From Candidatus Saccharimonadota bacterium (GTDB lineage Bacteria; Patescibacteriota; Saccharimonadia; UBA4664), in contig JACAFG010000005.1 in assembly GCA_019352195.1 (NCBI GenBank), positions 156,287 through 220,286 of the forward strand: a DNA stretch of 64,000 bases, written 5' to 3'. Below, piece after piece: positions 58,033 through 64,000 of the stretch. The notes beneath the pieces were generated by a model. It was not told the DNA's origin. It made no database searches and saw only the letters and a program-made list of their open reading frames with translations. Position 1 is the first letter of the stretch. Each line of letters begins with the position of its first letter. A program made the position numbers and the translations under genes.

Positions 58033-59235
58033 ATGGCCTACTCGTTATCTCCAGATCAAGCCGAAGCGCTGCGTCAAATTGGGGTATGGTACCGCACCCG
58101 CGCGACGCCCTACATTACCTTGGGCGGCTACGCGGGTAGCGGTAAATCAACCTTGGTGGCGTATTTACGACTGAAGCTGCGCGAATTTGATGACGACGCG
58201 AGAGTGGCGTTCTGCGCTTATACCGGTAAGGCCACGCGCGTCCTCACGGAGCGGCTGCGAGAGCAAAAGGTGCCACGTCGCAGTGACACCGTCAGTACGA
58301 TTCACTCACTGATCTACACTACGAGCGAGACCGCGAGTAGCGCGCCCACCTGGACGCTTAAAGACAAGCTCGAGCGTGATCTCATCATTGTTGATGAAGC
58401 GTCAATGGTTGATGAGGCGATTTGGCGCGACTTACTTAGTTTTGGAGTACCAGTGCTGGCGGTGGGCGACCATGGTCAGCTGCCACCAGTGGGATCAAGT
58501 TTTAATTTGATGGCTGATCCGCAGCTGCGGTTGGAGCGGATTTGGCGCCAGGCTGAAGATTCGCCGATTATTGAAGTGGCAACGCTGGCGCGAACGAGCG
58601 GCCAGTTGCCGGTGCGGCAATTTGGTTTTGGGGTACGTAAGCTCGATAAGAGCGTGGCCGAAACGGGCCAAAATGTCGGCGAAATGCTGGAAAATTGGCG
58701 TCCTGATTTATTGGTCTTGTGCGGTTACAACCATACGCGCATTAAGCTGAACCAGGCCATCCGTCAGGCTACCGGCGCCGAAGTGGTTGAGCCACAGCCC
58801 GGGGACCGGGTGGTGTGCCTGAGTAATAACCGGGCGTCTAAAATTTATAACGGCATGCTTGGCACGCTGACGTCGATAGGGCCCGCCACTAATGATCCCG
58901 GGCAATTATGGTATGAAGCCGAAATAGAGCTCGACGGCGAAGATTATCGGTATCAGGGAGTTTTGCTGCGGGCCCAGTTTGGCGCCACCGAGACCGCGCG
59001 TGATGTGGCGGTCATGCCAACTGGTTTACGACCTGACTTGTGGGATTTTGGCTACGCGCTGACCGTGCATAAAGCGCAGGGCTCGCAGTCGCCGAAGGTG
59101 CTGGTGTTTGAAGAGCGTTCAGCCAAAATGAGTGATGACGATTGGCGACGGTGGCTTTATACCGCGGTGACCAGAGCGCAGGAGGAATTGACGGTGGTTG
59201 GGGTAGATCCTGAGGCCGAAGGAGTTGCGCCGTAG
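58033..59235 (+). CDS. RecD/TraA-like SF1 helicase (AAA_30 + UvrD_C_2)
   Basis: Walker A GYAGSGKST; IVDEASMV; GDHGQLPPV; C-terminal ..LTVHKAQGSQ.. Confidence 0.75.
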   Translation: MAYSLSPDQAEALRQIGVWYRTRATPYITLGGYAGSGKSTLVAYLRLKLREFDDDARVAFCAYTGKATRVLTERLREQKVPRRSDTVSTIHSLIYTTSETASSAPTWTLKDKLERDLIIVDEASMVDEAIWRDLLSFGVPVLAVGDHGQLPPVGSSFNLMADPQLRLERIWRQAEDSPIIEVATLARTSGQLPVRQFGFGVRKLDKSVAETGQNVGEMLENWRPDLLVLCGYNHTRIKLNQAIRQATGAEVVEPQPGDRVVCLSNNRASKIYNGMLGTLTSIGPATNDPGQLWYEAEIELDGEDYRYQGVLLRAQFGATETARDVAVMPTGLRPDLWDFGYALTVHKAQGSQSPKVLVFEERSAKMSDDDWRRWLYTAVTRAQEELTVVGVDPEAEGVAP

Positions 59236-59291
59236 CGTAAGGCGTCATATCATAACGCTAAAGCTAAATCAGATATGGAGCCCCACTCGTC

Positions 59292-59675
59292 ATGGAAGAA
59301 GATAAGACCACTCTTGAAGCCGTTCACCGCCTCATGCTCGAGCTCGCCGAAACGCGCGAGAAAATGAAGCACATCAAAGACGACCTTAAAGATATCGCTG
59401 AGCAAAACGACGAATACCGCGCCTTGGCCGAAGAGCTCAAAGAAGCATCGGTGAAGCGCCAAACCGCCAAAAAACTGCTTGAGGCCGATAAGGATTATCA
59501 AACGGTTAATTCGGAGCTCGAAGAGCTGAAGTTCAAATACAAAGACTTGCAGGAAATTATGAGTCACCACTTGGTAACCTATTTTAGCGAAACCAACGAA
59601 ACCCAAATTGCTTCGCCCGAAGGCGATAGTATGCAGGTGGTAGTGTCGGCCAAACTGGGTAAAGCCACCGCCTAA
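59292..59675 (+). CDS. coiled-coil hypothetical protein
   Basis: E/K-rich heptad-like sequence. Confidence 0.4.
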   Translation: MEEDKTTLEAVHRLMLELAETREKMKHIKDDLKDIAEQNDEYRALAEELKEASVKRQTAKKLLEADKDYQTVNSELEELKFKYKDLQEIMSHHLVTYFSETNETQIASPEGDSMQVVVSAKLGKATA

Positions 59676-59704
59676 TCTCGTGTTGGCTCGCTGCCGAGAC
59701 GTGC

Positions 59705-59737
59705 AAACGCCCGCCCCTTACGGGGCGGGCGTTTTTG
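59705..59737. terminator. strong bidirectional intrinsic terminator
   Basis: AAACGCCCGCCCCttacGGGGCGGGCGTTTTTGG between convergent genes. Confidence 0.85.
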
Positions 59738-60341
59738 GTTGCGGCCGCTCGGCGCCCTGGCGATGGTACGGGACGTTGTTGGCGGCGAAGTAACAGAGCT
59801 TTTCGATGTTCGGGTGCAGCCAGTCGCCGTTGACGGTGAACAGACCCCGGCTGGTGAGCTCCTGGACCGTGGGGTCGACGGGCGTTCTGTGGGCGATGAC
59901 CCACGCCCAGAAGTTGATGTCACGGTGCCGGGCGTTGACCAACTTGACCATGGCAGGGCTGCTCAGATGATGCTCGTCATGGATCAGGACGCCGGAGCCG
60001 AGGAGCTCGGGGATACGTCGCCACCTCAATTGCAAGGCCAGCAGAACGGCGTGGCGCCGCTTGAGCGACTCGTACTTGGCCACAAATGCGGCCTCGGTGT
60101 CAGCTGCTTCTTTGATGTGCGCATCGATGTTGGCCTGCAGGACCGGCAGGCTGGCGTCCGCGAAGGAGCCAATGGTGTTCATCTCAAGGATCAGGATGCC
60201 GACGAGGCGTTCCCAGTCCGGGAAGTACAGGGCAGTGCCCCACTGCTTGACGTTCGACGCCGCCTTCGCGAGTTCATCAGAACTGAACGTAGGCAGGGCA
60301 CGAAGCAGCTGGTCGCGCTGACGATCTAGCAAGTAAGTCAT
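59718..60341 (-). CDS. hypothetical protein (3' end runs into terminator hairpin)
   Basis: 207-aa ORF. Confidence 0.35.
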   Translation of the reverse strand: MTYLLDRQRDQLLRALPTFSSDELAKAASNVKQWGTALYFPDWERLVGILILEMNTIGSFADASLPVLQANIDAHIKEAADTEAAFVAKYESLKRRHAVLLALQLRWRRIPELLGSGVLIHDEHHLSSPAMVKLVNARHRDINFWAWVIAHRTPVDPTVQELTSRGLFTVNGDWLHPNIEKLCYFAANNVPYHRQGAERPQPKTPAP

Positions 60342-60488
60342 GACCCATCCTCGGGGTTGTCGGTACGATTAATCCATATATAATACTACTTTTCTCTGAC
60401 ATTGTCAAAAAATGTATCGTGTGCCGGGGTTTGAGAATGGGCCTGATTAAGGTAAATAAAAGCAACCATAATTTATCAGTGGCTGTCG

Positions 60489-60995
60489 TTATACCGATGA
60501 GGGGCTCGTCATAATTTCGGCTGGATTTATTGGACGGGGCGGCGGATCTAATCTGATAATATCGCCCAGTTTGGTGCCGGTCATTTCAAGGCTCAGTCCC
60601 AAGGCCTGCCGCACCCGTCCAGGACCAGACGCGAGCATGCTGGTACTGGTTTGATGGCGGCGGCGCTGCATGAGCGGGAGGCCAATGGTGGGGCGCAAGC
60701 TGCGAATCAGAATGGCTTGAGCGCTGCCGGCGGGGCCTGTCACCAAATTTAGGCACAGATGAATACCGTATGAGCGGTAAACGTAAACTACCCCAGCCGC
60801 CTCAAACATTGGTTGGTTACGAGTCGAGGGACCACGATGGGCATGAGAGGCGGCATCACGCTCACCATGGTAGGCTTCGACTTCGGTGATAACGCCGCCG
60901 GTTGTTCCGTCGGCTGCGGTGCTGGTGAGCTGCCAACCAAGCAGACGCGGCGGCGCCTGTAAGACGTTAGCCGAAAGTAGCGTTAACGAGTCCAT
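60489..60995 (-). CDS. mpg: 3-methyladenine DNA glycosylase (AAG/Mpg family)
   Basis: ..GGVITEVEAYHG..D.ASHA.RG.T.RN..MF..GG..YVY..YG family motifs. Confidence 0.75.
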   Translation of the reverse strand: MDSLTLLSANVLQAPPRLLGWQLTSTAADGTTGGVITEVEAYHGERDAASHAHRGPSTRNQPMFEAAGVVYVYRSYGIHLCLNLVTGPAGSAQAILIRSLRPTIGLPLMQRRRHQTSTSMLASGPGRVRQALGLSLEMTGTKLGDIIRLDPPPRPINPAEIMTSPSSV

Positions 60996-61033
60996 ACCGA
61001 TATGCTACCATTTGGCAATAACAAAGGGCGCAC

Positions 61034-61462
61034 ATGCTAAAAGACTTTAAACAATTTCTCTTGCGCGGCAACGTGGTCGACCTGGCGGTAGCGGTCGTGA
61101 TTGGCGCGGCCTTTAACAGTGTCGTGCAAAGTATGGTCAAAGATCTCATCACGCCGCTCATTGCAGCGGTCGGGGGCAAGCGCGACTTTAGCGCGCTGAG
61201 TTTTACCATTAACGGGTCGACTTTCTTGTACGGCGAGTTTTTGAACCAGCTTATTTCTTTTGTGGTGGTGGCCGCGGTGGTATTCTTCTTTGTCGTTAAG
61301 CCAATTAACCACCTCATTTCGTTATCGAAGCGCAGAGAAGCGCCCGCCGATCCGACCACGCGTAAGTGTCCGGAATGCGTTAGCGAAATCCCCCGCGAAG
61401 CTTCACGCTGCGCGTTTTGTACGGCCAAGGTTGAGCCGACGAAAGTTACTGCCCTAACCTAG
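61034..61462 (+). CDS. mscL: large-conductance mechanosensitive channel MscL with C-terminal CxxC..CxxC extension
   Basis: MLKDFKQFLLRGNVVDLAVAVVIGAAF; extra CPECV...CAFC tail. Confidence 0.85.
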   Translation: MLKDFKQFLLRGNVVDLAVAVVIGAAFNSVVQSMVKDLITPLIAAVGGKRDFSALSFTINGSTFLYGEFLNQLISFVVVAAVVFFFVVKPINHLISLSKRREAPADPTTRKCPECVSEIPREASRCAFCTAKVEPTKVTALT

Positions 61463-61474
61463 ATTGGATGTTTT

Positions 61475-61876
61475 ATGAGATCGTTTGGTGCCCCTATATC
61501 ACGAGACCGCATTGCCGAAATTACGGCAGCCATTGCTGAGATTGCGCCACGTCTGCCGCTGCATCGCGATGTCACTGGCGCCGACTATCTGATGGAGCCA
61601 GATGACATGGTGGTGATTCATTTGGCGGAACTCAATATCAAAAAAGGTCCGCGGCTGCGCATTGGCGCCACGATGCCCGAAGCCCGGCCGCCCTTTGATT
61701 GGCTCTACGAGCTATCGTCCGATGTCACTCCGGCCGATTACTTTAAGCATTATTTGGTACTGGATGATCAGATCGTGTTGGCACATCTGAAAGTCTTAAC
61801 TCCGATTGACGACGTGGAGGCTGATCTCATCATGGCTGATTTGGCGGTGGCCTCCGAACTCCTTATGACGATTTAG
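61475..61876 (+). CDS. hypothetical protein
   Basis: ORF. Confidence 0.35.
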   Translation: MRSFGAPISRDRIAEITAAIAEIAPRLPLHRDVTGADYLMEPDDMVVIHLAELNIKKGPRLRIGATMPEARPPFDWLYELSSDVTPADYFKHYLVLDDQIVLAHLKVLTPIDDVEADLIMADLAVASELLMTI

Positions 61877-63509
61877 TGGCTTTTGGGCTGGGAGCGGCCG
61901 CGTTCGAGGTGCGCAGCTCCGCGGTGGGAATGAGATAAAACAGCACGACGCAGACCGCGCACAAAGCCATAGCGACGATGAAGACCGTGGCAATGGCATC
62001 GGCGATGGTGGCACGCGTAAGGGCGAGGTAGGCGTTAATGGCGGCGGTAATGGGCGCTACCGCGGCCGCCGGAATGACTTTGGTAATAGCACTCATAATG
62101 CCCGCAACGGCTTGATGTGACGTCACGATGTTGGGGTCGCGTAACTTAACGACCAGAGCGGACAAATGCGGATCTGATAGCCCCGTGAGCGGCAGCGCGG
62201 CCAAACCCGAACGGACCTGATTGTTAAACACGGTCCCAAGTACGCTTGAGCCAATGGCGCCGCCAATCGTTCGGAAAAAGGTGGCGGCACCGGTAACCAC
62301 GCCAATATCTTCAGGTCCAAAGGCGTTTTGAATAATGATTGGCATAAGTGGCAATGACGGTCCAAAGCCGAGACCGAGGATGACGCTATTTAAGATAATG
62401 GTAGCGTTGCTGGTAGTGCTCGTGAGGTGTGATAGTAAAAACAGACCTAGGGTGGCCACGAGCAGGGCGACGATACCGACGGCACGGTACTTGCCGGTGC
62501 GCGACACGATTTGCCCCGAGGCAATGGACGATACCACGATGCCGGCCGTTAGGGGGAGCAAAATAAGCCCCGAATTGGTGGCACTTTGGCCGACAACGAT
62601 TTGAACAAAGATGGGTATGTAGAGGATGCCGCCAAATAAGACCCCAGCCGACAGCACAATGATGGCGTTTCCTAGGGTGAAAGTGGTATTGCCAAACAGC
62701 CGCAGCGGTAGGAGCGGGTCGGCAGCAATCGCCTCCACGCCGATAAATACCGCGGTCATAAGGGCGCTTGAGAGGAACAAGCCAATGATGACGCCACTGG
62801 ACCACGGGTGTGTGACACCGCCCCAGGTTAGGGCCAAAACTAGCGGCACGACCGCGGCAGCGAGAGTAATCGCCCCCAGCCAATCGACACTACCATGAGC
62901 ATCACGTTTGATATTGGGTAGCGCATAACTAGCGATTATCAGAGCTCCAATTCCGATGGGAACATTGATGAAAAAGATCCAGTGCCAACCGTAATGGTCG
63001 GTAATATAGCCTCCCAGCGTGGGTCCAATAACACTCGAGAGACCAAAGACCGCGCCAATCAGGCCGGTCCACTTGCCTCGCTCACGCGGCGGGAAAATAT
63101 CGGCAATAATGGTGAAGGCAGCGGCCGCTAGTCCCCCACCGCCAATGCCCTGGATAACGCGGGCGCCGATCAACCAGTGGATGTTGGTGGCAAAACCACA
63201 TAATACGGAGCCGAGCAGAAAGATCAGCACGTTAAAGAAAAACATGACCTTGCGGCCATAGATATCACTGAGTTTTGAGGTGATGGGAACGGCCACGGCT
63301 TGGGCAATGAGATAGGCGGCGACCACCGAGGTGTAGCTGGAGAAACTATTTAAGTCACGTAGGATGGTCGGCAAGGCCGTACCAACAATGGTTTGATCAA
63401 GAGCCGCTAAAAACATCCCCGCGATCACACTTACCAAGATGCCGGCTTTGGCGCGGCCCGATAATTCTTGCAGCAACGGTATCATCTCCTTTAGTTGGTA
63501 GGTTCTCAT
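61863..63509 (-). CDS. MFS transporter, DHA2 (EmrB/QacA-like, 14 TMS)
   Basis: MFS motif A ([13 protein letters not shown]), 14 hydrophobic segments. Confidence 0.8.
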   Translation of the reverse strand: MRTYQLKEMIPLLQELSGRAKAGILVSVIAGMFLAALDQTIVGTALPTILRDLNSFSSYTSVVAAYLIAQAVAVPITSKLSDIYGRKVMFFFNVLIFLLGSVLCGFATNIHWLIGARVIQGIGGGGLAAAAFTIIADIFPPRERGKWTGLIGAVFGLSSVIGPTLGGYITDHYGWHWIFFINVPIGIGALIIASYALPNIKRDAHGSVDWLGAITLAAAVVPLVLALTWGGVTHPWSSGVIIGLFLSSALMTAVFIGVEAIAADPLLPLRLFGNTTFTLGNAIIVLSAGVLFGGILYIPIFVQIVVGQSATNSGLILLPLTAGIVVSSIASGQIVSRTGKYRAVGIVALLVATLGLFLLSHLTSTTSNATIILNSVILGLGFGPSLPLMPIIIQNAFGPEDIGVVTGAATFFRTIGGAIGSSVLGTVFNNQVRSGLAALPLTGLSDPHLSALVVKLRDPNIVTSHQAVAGIMSAITKVIPAAAVAPITAAINAYLALTRATIADAIATVFIVAMALCAVCVVLFYLIPTAELRTSNAAAPSPKATKSS

Positions 63510-63576
63510 AACCTGGCGACCGGGTGCAAGTAAAATGCTTGGCTCGCTCTCAGCTGTTTTGGCTTACAATAGAACT

Positions 63577-64000
63577 ATGAAACGCACCACTCATAAACGT
63601 GCGACTGCCGGACTCATAATTTTGTGCGTCTATCTTGGTTTGGTCATTACCTTTGAACTCGTGCGAGCGCTGACGTCCATTCCGATCGTCGAGTGGCTGG
63701 CATCGAGTCCGGCGGGTCTAGCGCGCGGTGAATGGTGGCGTCTGGTAACGAGCGCCTTCGTCGTCGAAGGCCCGGTCGCGCCGCAAATTGCCATTACGGC
63801 AATCCTGGGTGGCCTCATTATATGGTTCCGGGGATCGTGGATGTTCTGGGGCATTGCCACTGCCGGACATATTTTTGGAACACTATTTACCTACGTGGCA
63901 GTTATTGGCGCGGGCACCCTAACACTCCATCAGCTGCATCACTTTCTGGGTGCGCCGGATTACGGGATATCACTGATTTGGAGCTCCGCTTTGGGGGCGC
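63577..64000 (+). CDS. polytopic membrane protein, possibly rhomboid-like; 3' end beyond window
   Basis: ATG 63577, open to window end; GEWWRLVTSAF resembles rhomboid WRLxT motif. Confidence 0.35.
   Translation, partial: MKRTTHKRATAGLIILCVYLGLVITFELVRALTSIPIVEWLASSPAGLARGEWWRLVTSAFVVEGPVAPQIAITAILGGLIIWFRGSWMFWGIATAGHIFGTLFTYVAVIGAGTLTLHQLHHFLGAPDYGISLIWSSALGA

Overview
This 64-kb bacterial chromosomal window is almost all coding. Gene content and size suggest a small-genome Gram-positive-like or CPR/Saccharibacteria-like lineage, though that cannot be proven here. Conserved housekeeping blocks are: der, a D-Ala-D-Ala carboxypeptidase, rluB, scpB, scpA, gltX, mreB, wecG/wzy-like cell-envelope genes, a sortase, three two-component systems, an FKBP, mpg, mscL, an MFS transporter and a RecD-like helicase. 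These are interrupted by two tRNA-anchored accessory regions. Region 1 lies downstream of tRNA-Glu (6492-6567) and carries an APH-family kinase, mazEF and a parDE cassette flanked by two copies of a ~47-bp direct repeat. Region 2 lies downstream of tRNA-Leu(CAA) (25721-25806) and is an ~18-kb array of small cassettes. The cassettes are yefM-yoeB, an ImmA-like peptidase, a PAS/STAS-like pair, a zeta-toxin-like kinase, a DUF296 protein, mazEF, relBE, two GNATs, HAD/HIT/YdeN hydrolases, a phosphodiester glycosidase and a cytochrome b. They lie in mixed orientation, but each is separated by a copy of the same ~30-50-bp repeat, all in the + orientation (core GTTCGAAC ... GGTGGTGTACCA ... ACTTATGCTT). 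The repeat resembles a degenerate tRNA 3' end. The tRNA-Leu 3' flank hairpin is itself present three times. Two ~190-bp direct repeats, each after a terminator hairpin, bracket a 6-kb sub-block. Two otherwise intact accessory genes, a DEAD/DEAH helicase with tandem HEAR-like repeats and a second mazF, carry single in-frame TAA stops. Further right is a flavin-trafficking/extracellular-electron-transfer-like locus: a CRP regulator, an FNR-like reductase, ApbE, a ferric-reductase membrane domain, an NqrB/RnfD-like-FNR fusion and a secreted FMN-binding protein. The window contains six type II/zeta toxin-antitoxin modules. No rRNA, CRISPR array, transposase or integrase was recognised.
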